Shown: positions 1 to 9,660 of the stretch, piece after piece
Numbering within the stretch: position 1 is the first letter of the stretch
Layout: the number at the start of each line of letters is the position of its first letter
NCBI GenBank assembly: GCA_965243135.1
Contig: OZ251539.1
Location: forward strand, 1,056,001-1,120,000
DNA length: 64,000 bases
Direction of reading: 5' to 3'
Source of the DNA: Alphaproteobacteria bacterium
Lineage (GTDB): Bacteria > Pseudomonadota > Alphaproteobacteria > MPNO01 > UBA830
Program-made: the position numbers and the translations under genes
The notes under the pieces: model-generated
What the model was told of the DNA's origin: nothing
The model's input: the letters and a program-made list of their open reading frames with translations, nothing else
The model's database searches: none

Positions 1-300
1 GCCGTCTTCGGCGAGCTTGACCTCGGCGCCGCCCTTGGCGAAACCGGCAACGCCGCCCTGACCGTCGCCGGAGAGCTTGCATCCGCGCGGCGGATCCATG
101 TCGCTCATGGTGACCTTGCCGGTGAAAGTGGCGGACACGGGGCCGACCCGGGACTTCACCTTCGCCGATAGTTCGGTTTCGGACTCTCTCTTGAGTTCCT
201 GGCAGCCGGGAATGCACTTCGCCAGCACCTCCGGATCGTTCAGCGCCTCCCAGACCTTTTGGCGGGGCGCGGGGATCCTGTATTCACCGGTCATATCCAT
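1..300 (-). CDS. coxG: CoxG/SRPBCC family protein (runs off window start)
   Basis: Manual translation from ATG at 300: MDMTGEYRIPAPRQKVWEALNDPEVLAKCIPGCQEL..., later GGVAGFAKG, typical CoxG N-terminus; not in ORF track because truncated. Confidence 0.85.
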   Translation of the reverse strand, partial: MDMTGEYRIPAPRQKVWEALNDPEVLAKCIPGCQELKRESETELSAKVKSRVGPVSATFTGKVTMSDMDPPRGCKLSGDGQGGVAGFAKGGAEVKLAEDG

Positions 301-877
301 GGACGCTCTCTCCCGAACGGATTTCGCCGAACCTTAGTGCGTCGGGGAAGGTCGGGCAAGAAGCGCCGGCGGACCGAAATCGCTCTCGTCAACTCGGGCG
401 CCAAGGCGGAAGACATGACCGGAAAGGCGTTTTTCCGGCACGGCGAAGCATCGTTTCCGTCAACCCGAGCGCGCTTGCGCGCGGTTGGCCCGGAAAACAA
501 GGCCGTTGCCGTCGAACCGCCGACCCGACGGCCGGCGCGCGCTGCCCGGACGATCGCGCGCCGAAGCGGGAAGCGAGAAGTCACTCGCGGCTTGCATGAA
601 GCGTTTTCGTCGCCCCGTCCCGAGGGCGCGCTTCGCTTCCTCGACCAAGCCTGCAGAAGTCTGACATTGGCCGCGGTTGCGCTGCGACCGCCTGTCGGGG
701 AAAGCCGGGAGCGGGCCTCCGGCCCGGCGAAGCGAACGCTCGAGTCGCGGCTGAAGCGCTCGGCAGCGTCCGGACGCTGCCGGCGGACGACAGTCTCGAC
801 TCGGACATGGGCAAGGTCGCAAGTTCGCCGCGCCCAGCGTACAGCGATAGTGGTTATCTTCCCGCGAAGTTCCGGCT

Positions 878-2110
878 TCAGGACGAAGAATCGATCTTCG
901 ATTTACGGTCCGGCGGGGCGATGAAGTCGAGATAATTTTCCGGATTCACGATCTGAAAGGAACTCCCGGGGTAGGTCCGGCGCCATCCACCGGGCTCGCG
1001 GACCCGGGATTTGGGAGACCACTTCATTTCAACGGCGTCGAGGCGTCCGCCCCATTCCTCGACCAGATCGATTTCCTGCCGGTCGTAGGTGCGCCAGAAA
1101 TAACTTTCGGCCAAGCTGCCCGTGTACAGGTTGCGTTTCAGCCGCTCGGCCATAACGTAGTTTTCCCATAAGGCGCCTGCGTCGTCGCGCAAGGATAGGC
1201 TGTTGAAGTTATTGATCAATCCGTTTCTGATGCCATTGTCGTAGAAATAATACCGGCGGCTCTTGGCGATTTCCTTGCGCAGATTGCGGCTAAATCCGCG
1301 CCGACCGTATATCACATAGGTTTTTTCCAGAAGATCGAGATAACGATTCACCGTGTTCTTGGTCATGCCGAGTTGGGTTCCGATCTCCGTCACCGACACT
1401 TCGCGGCCGATCTGGAACGCGATCAACTGGAGCAACCGAAGCAGCTTGTCGGAATGGCGAATGCCTTCCAGCTGAAGGATGTCCTTGAACAGGTAGGAGG
1501 AAACCAGTTCCTTGATGTAGATCTCGCGATCCTCGTTCGATCCCATGAGGACGACTTCGGGGTAGGATCCGTAGATCAGGCGCGTTTCGAGATTGGCCCT
1601 GGTTTCATGCGCGTCCTCCACTTCCCGAATCTCCAGCTGCGCGAGAGGCAGGAGGAGCAGCGTATACTTGCGGCCCGTCAGGGGTTCTCCGGTTTGCCGA
1701 GAGAGATCGAAGGAAGACGACCCCGTTGCGACGATGCTGAGTCCTTCGACGTGATCGGCCAGCAGCTTCAGGTTCAAGCCGATTTGCCGCACATGCTGGG
1801 CTTCATCCACGATGAGCGTCCGCCGTCCGCCGACGAAGGCTCTCAGCTTGGCCAAGGACTGGCTTTCCAGATACTCGCGCACCGCGATATCCTCGCCGGT
1901 CACCGCAAGGGCGTCATGGTCGTATCTTTCGACGTAGCGACGGATCAACGTGGTCTTCCCCGCCCGCCGCGGGCCGTACACCACAACGACCTTGCCGGGC
2001 GCGACCAAACGCCTGAGACGGGCGAGCTGCGCCTGAGGAATATAGATATTGGATAACATAATAGCGTAATTTACGCAAATTCCGTCATTTTGCAAGCCTT
2101 TATTCGCCAT
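878..2110 (-). CDS. AAA_14 ATPase + DUF4143 (PD-(D/E)XK-like) ATP-binding protein; true start probably ~2059
   Basis: Walker A GPRRAGKTT, Walker B IVDEAQ, TGSSS, EPLTGR, YFYDNG, C-terminal FWRTYDRQEIDLV...AVEMKW. Confidence 0.9.
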   Translation of the reverse strand: MANKGLQNDGICVNYAIMLSNIYIPQAQLARLRRLVAPGKVVVVYGPRRAGKTTLIRRYVERYDHDALAVTGEDIAVREYLESQSLAKLRAFVGGRRTLIVDEAQHVRQIGLNLKLLADHVEGLSIVATGSSSFDLSRQTGEPLTGRKYTLLLLPLAQLEIREVEDAHETRANLETRLIYGSYPEVVLMGSNEDREIYIKELVSSYLFKDILQLEGIRHSDKLLRLLQLIAFQIGREVSVTEIGTQLGMTKNTVNRYLDLLEKTYVIYGRRGFSRNLRKEIAKSRRYYFYDNGIRNGLINNFNSLSLRDDAGALWENYVMAERLKRNLYTGSLAESYFWRTYDRQEIDLVEEWGGRLDAVEMKWSPKSRVREPGGWRRTYPGSSFQIVNPENYLDFIAPPDRKSKIDSSS

Positions 2111-2463
2111 GTCTCCGCACGAAGGCTCGACATGAGCGACGGTGCGCAGGTCCGAATTCGTCCAGGCGAAAACGGCAATTTCTCCGGCACCGTCTCAGTC
2201 GGCGCATCCGCTTGTTGGGGCAGCCGGGTCGAAGAATCCTCATTCCATCGCCTCCCCGGGCGGTCTCGCGCCTGCATCGCCCGATTTTCGAGCGAATGGC
2301 GCACGAGCGCGAGGGAGTCTCTCTGAACGGTTGGCTCTGCGAGGACTTCGCGCCTCCGACAACTCTCCTCCGAAAGCCGGATCGCCGGACCGCGGAATTC
2401 GGTACGCTTGCGCTCAACGCTCCAAGGCGTCGGAGCCGTCCACAGCCGCGAACGTTCGCTTGC

Positions 2464-2830
2464 CGTTCAAAGAAAATCGCCCGGTTCGCCCGCCGAGTCG
2501 GAGTTCCGGCCCCGCTCCAAAAAACCACGCCCGCAACCCGAATTCGGCCTCCAGATTCGATCCGCGATGGCTAAGCGTTGCTTCGTCGTGAGGGAAGCAG
2601 CCGCGCACGAGCTCTACCACCGGAGATCAGCGTGCGTCGGGAGCGATGTTCAGCGACGGGTTGGGCGCCGTCGGCAACGCCAAGAAGGTCGCCAGGCCGT
2701 GCGGCGCGTAGACAGCACGGGTCGTGGCGTCGTCTTTCGTTCAGGACAAATCGTTTGGTTCGCCCGAGGATCCGGGATTCCGGTCCCACTTCCAAAATCC
2801 ATGCCTGCAACTCGAATTCAAACCTCCAGA
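2464..2830 (+). repeat. Two diverged ~90-bp direct repeats (2464-2555, 2738-2830)
   Basis: Collinear shared blocks CGTTCA, AAATCG, GGTTCGCCC, TTCCGG, CCAAAA, GCAAC, CGAATTC, CCTCCAGA. Confidence 0.6.
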
Positions 2831-3221
2831 CATCGCGTAACTTAAATTTGTCGGCCAAGGTCGCTCGAACGCCAGTCTCAGCCCGGTGCCGAGGTAGGCG
2901 CTGACCGCGTTTTCGAGCAGGACGGGGAGGCGAGACCGGAAGATGCGCTTCTCCAGAAAGCGGTGCGTTCCAATCTACGGCATCTTGAGAAAAACCATGC
3001 AAAATCTTCCAGTTACGGATACCATGTCAAGAGATCCGAAGTTATATCGCTCACGAGATTGCTGTCGTGGGCCTTGTTGGCATCCGCGACCCGTTCTCAC
3101 GTCGGGAGCGGTCAGTGCTTTCGCGGGACTACGGCGACTGGATCGTCGCATACGCGAGGCATTTTCTGCGGGAGACGGCCGCGCGCAGCGGCAAAAGGAA
3201 CCGCGGACCGGCGCCTGGACT

Positions 3222-4055
3222 TCATTCCGTCAGTGCAATCAAGCCCATGCCGGTGGTCATCGGCGCATAGTAATTGCGGTGGACGCGTTTGACTTTCTCC
3301 GAAAGCGCCCCCCGCATGACCAACCACATTATCAGCTCGACAGCTTCGGCTCCCGCAGCTTCCATGATGTCCTGGTGAGTTAGTTCGGCAAGCGTTCGCG
3401 GGTCGGCTTCGATCCGGTCGAGGAAGTCGCGGTCGAACTCGGAGTTGAGGTGCCCGAAGCGCGCGCCGTTCAATTGATGCGACATGCCGCCGGTCCCGAG
3501 AATGACCACCTTGACGTCGTCGGGATAACGCTCCACCGCTTGGCGGATCGAACGGCCCAGTTTCCAGCAGCGCCGCGCGGTCGGAAGCGGATGCTGGATC
3601 ACGTTGATCGCGATCGGCACGGTTTTGACGGGCCATCTCCGATCATGATCGAAACACAGATGCATCGGGACCATGAAGCCGTGCTCGACCGCCAGTTCCT
3701 GGCACACGGTGATGTCGAATTCGTCGTAGACGAGCTCGTTGCACAGGTGCCACGAAAAATCGGCGTCGCCGGGAAAGTCGGGCAACGGTCGCCGGCCCCA
3801 TCCTTCGTCGCCCACCGGGTAGAGGTCGGCGGCGCCAACCGCGAACGTCGGGTACTTGTCGAAGAAAAAGTCGCCGCCATGATCGTTGTAGACGACGATG
3901 GCGATGTCCGGGGCGAGGTTTCTGAGCCATTGCTTGACCGGTTCGTATGCGTCGAAAAGCGGTTTCCAGTCGGGTTCCTGCGTGCGTCTCTGGTCGTATG
4001 CGACCCCGATCGAGGGGACATGGGAGGTTCCGATTCCGGCGACGATGCGAGCCAT
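3222..4055 (-). CDS. ligB: Class III extradiol dioxygenase beta subunit (protocatechuate 4,5-/gallate dioxygenase-like)
   Basis: TSHVP, YNDH, VEHG, GTGGMSHQ, EAVELIMW motifs. Confidence 0.9.
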   Translation of the reverse strand: MARIVAGIGTSHVPSIGVAYDQRRTQEPDWKPLFDAYEPVKQWLRNLAPDIAIVVYNDHGGDFFFDKYPTFAVGAADLYPVGDEGWGRRPLPDFPGDADFSWHLCNELVYDEFDITVCQELAVEHGFMVPMHLCFDHDRRWPVKTVPIAINVIQHPLPTARRCWKLGRSIRQAVERYPDDVKVVILGTGGMSHQLNGARFGHLNSEFDRDFLDRIEADPRTLAELTHQDIMEAAGAEAVELIMWLVMRGALSEKVKRVHRNYYAPMTTGMGLIALTE

Positions 4056-4060
4056 TTCGT

Positions 4061-4432
4061 CTACCGCGCTCCCGACGCATTGCGCGTTGCCAGAAACTCT
4101 TCGTATGTCTCGCCCCGTTGATGCGCGCCGATCTGGTACAGTCCTTGGCCAAGCACCGCGCCGATTTTCATGATCATGTAGATGTTGCCTCCGTGTTCCG
4201 CCATGATGGCCCGCCAGTCGCGGTCGCGAATGAGCTGCTTTTCCTCGTCGGTCAGATCGCAGGTCGCCATGTAGGCTTCTTCGTCTGACAGGAATGCCTC
4301 GCGATTGTCCGGTTTCGTCATAGACATGGCGAACTTGTTGAGGCGGTATCCGCGGCGCGTTTCCATGTGATCGAAAATCTTGGTGTTCTCTATCGTCCGG
4401 TTCCTGTCGATCTGCATCTTTCGCTCCTGCAT
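4061..4432 (-). CDS. ligA: Protocatechuate 4,5-dioxygenase alpha subunit-like
   Basis: GYRLNKFAMSM...NREAFLSDEEAY...GGNIY motif; immediately upstream of ligB. Confidence 0.85.
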   Translation of the reverse strand: MQERKMQIDRNRTIENTKIFDHMETRRGYRLNKFAMSMTKPDNREAFLSDEEAYMATCDLTDEEKQLIRDRDWRAIMAEHGGNIYMIMKIGAVLGQGLYQIGAHQRGETYEEFLATRNASGAR

Positions 4433-4719
4433 GTACAGACGGATTGGAGATCTAATCCGCGCTTCGAGTCAACCCCTCTTCTCCGCATTAGGGGCCGCCC
4501 GCCAAGTCCGTCGCCGTCAGCGCAGGTGCAGCGACTCTACGACCGTTCTCTCAAACCTACGATAATCTCTCTTATCTGCCATAACCTACATGCAGGCGTC
4601 GCGCCAGCCCGATCATCGCGGAGGGGTGCAGGTCTGATATTGCCAAACGAGAAACAACCTGTTGATTTTCAACAATTATTCGAGCACTAGCCGCGACGCT
4701 TCAAGGACGAAATCAGCGA

Positions 4720-6080
4720 TTTCGTGACAAAACGCCGTTCCGGGCGCGGATTTTGTCACGATCAGGGGGCCGGAGGACGAAAAAAGGAATGCTCCTGACC
4801 GCGCGGCAGAATGTTGGCTTGACCCCACAACCCATGCCAGTTTCGCAATCTTCGAACGGTTTGTCCCTTTCCGAGCTCTCCCCGGTGGCCGCCGGGGCGG
4901 TGCGATCCTTCGCGTCCATCGTCGAGAAAGGGGCCGCGACCGCCAAGGCGTTCGGGGACAGCCTTTCTCAAGGAAGGGTCCGAGGGGGAGGGTCCCGAGG
5001 CGTTCGCCGATTTCGAGCTTGGGTAAGCGGGTCGCTGCGCTGTGCCGGACGGTGATTTGCAAGTACATCGAGGACCGGGACGAGAGGGGAAGCTCGCAAG
5101 GACGACAAGGTCTTCTACCGGGCTGCGCGGACGCAGAAGACCGTCCACACGCTGTCCGGTCCGGTATTTTCGGACGCGCTCGGAAAACGGATCGTTCTCG
5201 CCGGTCGACAACGACCTGGGCTGACGGCTGAACCCGGCCGCTTGCTCTCCTGCTTCTGGAGCACTGCACGCCGCAGGAAACGGCCCAACTCTTCGAGGAG
5301 TTGGGGGGCATGAACCCGTCGTCGAGCCACGCGTCTGTTGGAGACGACGGGCAGCCTCTGGAAGGAAAAGGAGCAGGAAGCCATGGAAAGCATCCGCGAG
5401 GCGGAAACGGTGCGAGGCGGTTTCCTGCGCCGTTTCGCTTGACGGGGTTTCGCTTCGCCCGGACGGGGACGAGGAAGCGTGCTGGCGCGAGGCGTCCTGC
5501 GGGACGGTCAGTTTCCACGACGCGGAAGGCAATCGCTTGAAAACGCTCAGTTTCGGGCCGGAGGCCGGCAAGGCGACGCTGAAGGCGCAACTCGCCGAAG
5601 AGGTCGCCCACCAAGGTACGGCCCGACCTGAAGGTGGTCGCCGTTGCCGACGCCGCGCCCGACAACTGGACGTTTCTCGAAGATCTCCGGCCCGACGAGC
5701 GGGCGGTCGATTTTTGCGTGCGAACATCTCAACGAGGTCTCCGACCGTCGCAAGCAACTGGTACGAAAAGTACCGCGCTGTCCTGCGCGACGACGCCGAC
5801 GGCGTCGACAAGGTTATCCGGGCGACCTCCGCGACAAGGCGACGACGGAAACGGCGCTCAAGGTTCTTGAGCGCGAGCTTTTCCGCAAGCACAGGCGTGC
5901 GCTACGCGAGCCTCAAGGCTGGCGGCTATGGGTCAGGCGTCGTGGAGGCCGCCAACAAGGTACTGGTCAACCAGTGCATGAAGCGGGCGCGCTGGAGCGT
6001 CGAAGGCGGTCAGAACGTCCTCACCTTCAGAGCGTTGGTCGGGTCGCTTCGAGTCGGCATGGCGGGCAATGACTGGGGCT
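4720..6080 (+). mobile_element. Degraded ISKra4/UPF0236-like transposase remnant (multiple frameshifts; boundaries approximate)
   Basis: Fragments in different frames: EAGKATLKAQL, VVAVADAAPDNWTFL, GSGVVEAANKVLVNQCMKR, WSVEGGQNVLTFRAL; 11-bp IR TCGTGACAAAA/TTTTGTCACGA at 4722-4761. Confidence 0.7.
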
Positions 6081-6222
6081 GCGAACGACAATCAGGCGTT
6101 GAACGCCATCGCAGCCTGACGGCGGAAATCCCTGATTCCATAAATAAAAACAAGGAGTTTGGCAAAAATAGATCTGCACCCGGTCTGATTGATAGAAAGG
6201 CCGAACAGTTCCAAAATTCTGC

Positions 6223-7338
6223 TCACAGAAGGGATCCCCACCGCTGCCGTGCCAACTCGTGATATTCGGGGGAAATATCAATCCCCACAGATTTCCGACC
6301 GAAGTTGCTAGCGGCGCAAAGAGTCGTGCCAGTGCCGGAAAACGGATCTAGAACTATTCCATCATTGGGGCATGTGGCCAATATTGGTATACGACAAAGA
6401 TCGACCGGAAAAGGTGCAAAATGCAGTTGCCTGTTTTGCGTATCTTCCGGAATAATTTCCCAAACGTCTGATGGTTTGCTTCCCTTTGGATGGTTTCGGA
6501 GAAAATAGAATCCCTTTTCCCGAAGTTCTTTAGCGCGACCGGAAAGGGCCTCATTGTCCGAGTGCGTCGTTCGCTGTTGGCCGCGAATTATCATTCGGAA
6601 ATCCGCTAATCGGCCCATGGCGATATCTTCAAGGATTCTGTCCAAAGCCTTATTCGCTTGTGCTTTCTCCGTTTCAGTTAAAGAAGTTGATCGGTTGATC
6701 TGATGACGGTATCGAACGCCCGAAACGCCGGTCGAAGAAATAACTGCGCCGTTAACGATTTTGGATTCCCCTAGTTTGGCACGGATTGCGTCGACATCGT
6801 AGAAATAGTTTTTTTGTTTGACAAAGTGGAACACATTTTCGTGAATATTCCCCAGCCTATCCTTTGTCGTGTCCATGCCGCTCTTCATTTTGTTCCATAT
6901 GACGCTATTTCGTAATATCCAACCTTGATTGTCCGTCAACTTAAAAGCTATTCTCCACGGTATTCCGGCAAGTTTCTTGGCATGATAGGAATCACCAATA
7001 TTTAACCAGAAGGATCCTTCAGGTTTGAGTACTCGCTTGAGATCAAAAAAGATAATTGCGAGATTATGAATATAATCATGAAAATTTTCTTCTAGTCCAA
7101 GTTTGCCGCTATCGTATTTTCTCTTGCGCCAATAGGGTGGAGAAGTAAATACGCAATCAATGCTTTCGTCCGGGAAGTCTTTTAGAACGATGCTAGCATC
7201 TCCAAGTAAAAGCAATGGTATCGAAGTGCGCTCTTCTGCATACCGCTCAAATACGGCTTTATGACTGGAACTCGTTCTCAAAGGCGGCTGATAACGTTTT
7301 CTATAGCACTGATTATCGTCATCGGTAAAATTTGGCAT
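6223..7338 (-). CDS. Site-specific DNA methyltransferase, N4/N6 beta class (orphan, AT-rich)
   Basis: Catalytic TSPPY precedes SAM-binding DPFSGTGTT; HFAPFP motif; clearly lower GC than flanks. Confidence 0.92.
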   Translation of the reverse strand: MPNFTDDDNQCYRKRYQPPLRTSSSHKAVFERYAEERTSIPLLLLGDASIVLKDFPDESIDCVFTSPPYWRKRKYDSGKLGLEENFHDYIHNLAIIFFDLKRVLKPEGSFWLNIGDSYHAKKLAGIPWRIAFKLTDNQGWILRNSVIWNKMKSGMDTTKDRLGNIHENVFHFVKQKNYFYDVDAIRAKLGESKIVNGAVISSTGVSGVRYRHQINRSTSLTETEKAQANKALDRILEDIAMGRLADFRMIIRGQQRTTHSDNEALSGRAKELREKGFYFLRNHPKGSKPSDVWEIIPEDTQNRQLHFAPFPVDLCRIPILATCPNDGIVLDPFSGTGTTLCAASNFGRKSVGIDISPEYHELARQRWGSLL

Positions 7339-7874
7339 GACCGTTCCCTTATCGGGAATTTATCTTCTCCCGAAGCGCAGTACGGGTTGTGGGCGACCTC
7401 TGTCGCGAGGGCATTATCGGGGCGGGCCGGTTGACGAGTCAAGGCGCCGCGGCAAAACCTTTCTTTTCCGTGGTATCCATCGGGTCCAATGCTCGGCCTC
7501 GACGCGCGTGACGTTCTGCCTGTTCGCGCGTCCCTTAGGGGCGACCGGCGCTTTCTCCGCTTCGGTGGTCGCGCTTCGAGTAACCAGCCGGGCGAGCGCC
7601 GCGAGTTCGCCCGCGCCCGGTTGTGGCGCTTGGGGAAGGGGAGCCCGGTGCGGAGATCCGACAGGGCTCCGACATGCTCTTGAGGGCGACGTGGGCCGCT
7701 GGTCGGGAGATCTTCGAGGAGACGGCCATCGCCCCCGGGGACCGCATTCCGTGCCGTTCGTTCGCATCCGACCGACCACTTCGGCGATCCGCGCCGCCGT
7801 TTGATGCGCTGCGGACAATCTGGGCATATTCGTCGTCGAAGAAATTTTCCGCGTCGGCGGGAGCGCAGCTGATC

Positions 7875-8339
7875 ATGAAGATCGAAGAAGCCTTTCTTGT
7901 CGGAGCCCCGATCGAGCGCGTCTGGGAGTTCGCGATGAATCCGGCGGAAATGGCGCCCTGCGTTCCCGGTTGCGGCGATGTCGAAGTCCTCGGCGGCGGC
8001 AAGTATCGCGCGAGCGTCAAGGTCGCCATGGGGCCCGTCCGGACGTCCTTCAACGTTTCGGTGGAACTTGTGAAGACGGAGGCTCCTGCATATGCTGCGA
8101 TGGTGACGCGCGGCGAGGAAGGCGGAAAAGCCAGCATGCTGACGGCCGACAGCGAACTGCATCTCAAGAGGGTCGGCCCGAACGAAACCGAAGTGCGCTA
8201 CAAGTCGGAGGTGTCCATCGTAGGGCGCTTCGGCAGGTTCGGTTTCGGCATGATGAAGAAGAAAGCCAGGGATCTCGGGGAACAGTTCGCCGGGAACATG
8301 CGGGAACGGCTGGAGACGGCGGGGGCTCGGATTCGTTGA
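7875..8339 (+). CDS. coxG: CoxG/SRPBCC family accessory protein
   Basis: APIERVWEF..NP..MAPCVPGC; first gene of overlapping Mo-hydroxylase operon. Confidence 0.85.
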   Translation: MKIEEAFLVGAPIERVWEFAMNPAEMAPCVPGCGDVEVLGGGKYRASVKVAMGPVRTSFNVSVELVKTEAPAYAAMVTRGEEGGKASMLTADSELHLKRVGPNETEVRYKSEVSIVGRFGRFGFGMMKKKARDLGEQFAGNMRERLETAGARIR

Positions 8340-9187
8340 AGTTTTTCCTGCCGAAGACGGTCGAGGAGGCGGTAACGCTGCTTGCGGAGGAGCCGGAAGC
8401 GCGTTGCCTTGCCGGCGGGGCCACGCTGGTCGCGATGATGAACGCCGATCTTCTCGAACCGTCCGCCCTGATCAGCCTTCGCGATGTGGAGTCGCTCGGA
8501 CGCGTTTGGCGCGATGCCGAAGGCGGCGTCGCGTTCGGCGCCATGGCCAACCATGCCGGCGTTGCCGCGATGAACGGATGCGATGGGGGGCAGCGCGTCG
8601 TCCGCGACGCCGCGCGCGTGATCGGCCATCCTGCCGTCCGCAACATGGGAACGATCGGCGGTTCCATCGCTCACGCGGATCCTGCTGCGGATTATCCTGC
8701 CGCGCTCGTGGCGGCCGACGCTTCGATCGAGGTTGCGGGCGCGCAGGAGCGGCGTGAGGTCGCAGCGGCGGACTTTTTCGTCGATTACCTTGAAACCGCC
8801 CTCCGGCCGGGCGAGATGGTGACCGCCGTGCGCTTGCCTCCGGCGCCGTCCGGCGCCGTTTCCGCCTACGAAAAATTCGCCCGCGTCGACGGCGATTTCG
8901 CCACCGTTTCGGTAGCTGTCGTACTGTCCGAAGAGGACGGGCGATGCAGTCGCGCGCGGGTCGCCCTCGGCGGCTGCGGACCGACGCCGGTGCGGTCGGC
9001 CGAAGCGGAAGCCGTCCTTGTGGAGAAGGGAATTTCGAAGGATTCGATCTCCGCGGCTTGCGAGGCGCTTGCCGCCGCCGCCGATCCGATGGACGATTTC
9101 CGCGGCAGCGCCGAGTATCGGCTCCTCCTGATACCGGTGCTCGTCGAACGGGCCGTTGCGCGCGCCCGGAGAGGAGAGCCAACGTGA
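8336..9187 (+). CDS. Xanthine dehydrogenase/CoxM-family FAD-binding subunit
   Basis: LAGGATL, VRNMGTIGGSIAHADPAAD, DDFRGSAEYR; TTG start overlaps coxG stop. Confidence 0.9.
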   Translation: MKFFLPKTVEEAVTLLAEEPEARCLAGGATLVAMMNADLLEPSALISLRDVESLGRVWRDAEGGVAFGAMANHAGVAAMNGCDGGQRVVRDAARVIGHPAVRNMGTIGGSIAHADPAADYPAALVAADASIEVAGAQERREVAAADFFVDYLETALRPGEMVTAVRLPPAPSGAVSAYEKFARVDGDFATVSVAVVLSEEDGRCSRARVALGGCGPTPVRSAEAEAVLVEKGISKDSISAACEALAAAADPMDDFRGSAEYRLLLIPVLVERAVARARRGEPT

Positions 9188-9660
9188 GCGAGAAGATTCC
9201 CGTGTCCTTTTCCGTCAATGGGGAGGCGCGCCAGGCGTTCGTCCGTGCGCGCGATACGTTGCTGCAGGTGTTGCGCGAGGAGTTCAGGCTGACCGGTGCC
9301 AAGCGGGGCTGCAATCAGGGGGTCTGCGGAGCTTGCACGGTGATGGTCGACGGCAGGATCGTTCGCGGCTGCCTTTCGCTTGCCGCGAACTGCGCTGGCC
9401 GCGAGATCACGACGATCGAGGGACTCGAGGTCGACGGACGGTTGTCGCCCATTCAGCAGGCGTTTCTGGACGCCGGTGCCGTGCAGTGCGGGTTTTGCAT
9501 GCCGGGCATGATCATGGCCGCGACCGCGCTGGCGGCGGCGAACGAACCGTTGTCCGACGACAGGATCCGCGAAGGCTTGTCGGGAAATCTGTGCCGTTGT
9601 TCCGGCTACGTCAAGGCGGTCGATGCGGTGCGCGCCGTATGCGGAGAAACAGCGGAATGA
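9184..9660 (+). CDS. (2Fe-2S)-binding CoxS-family subunit
   Basis: GCNQGVCGACTV, QCGFCMPG, GNLCRCSGY. Confidence 0.95.
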   Translation: MSEKIPVSFSVNGEARQAFVRARDTLLQVLREEFRLTGAKRGCNQGVCGACTVMVDGRIVRGCLSLAANCAGREITTIEGLEVDGRLSPIQQAFLDAGAVQCGFCMPGMIMAATALAAANEPLSDDRIREGLSGNLCRCSGYVKAVDAVRAVCGETAE

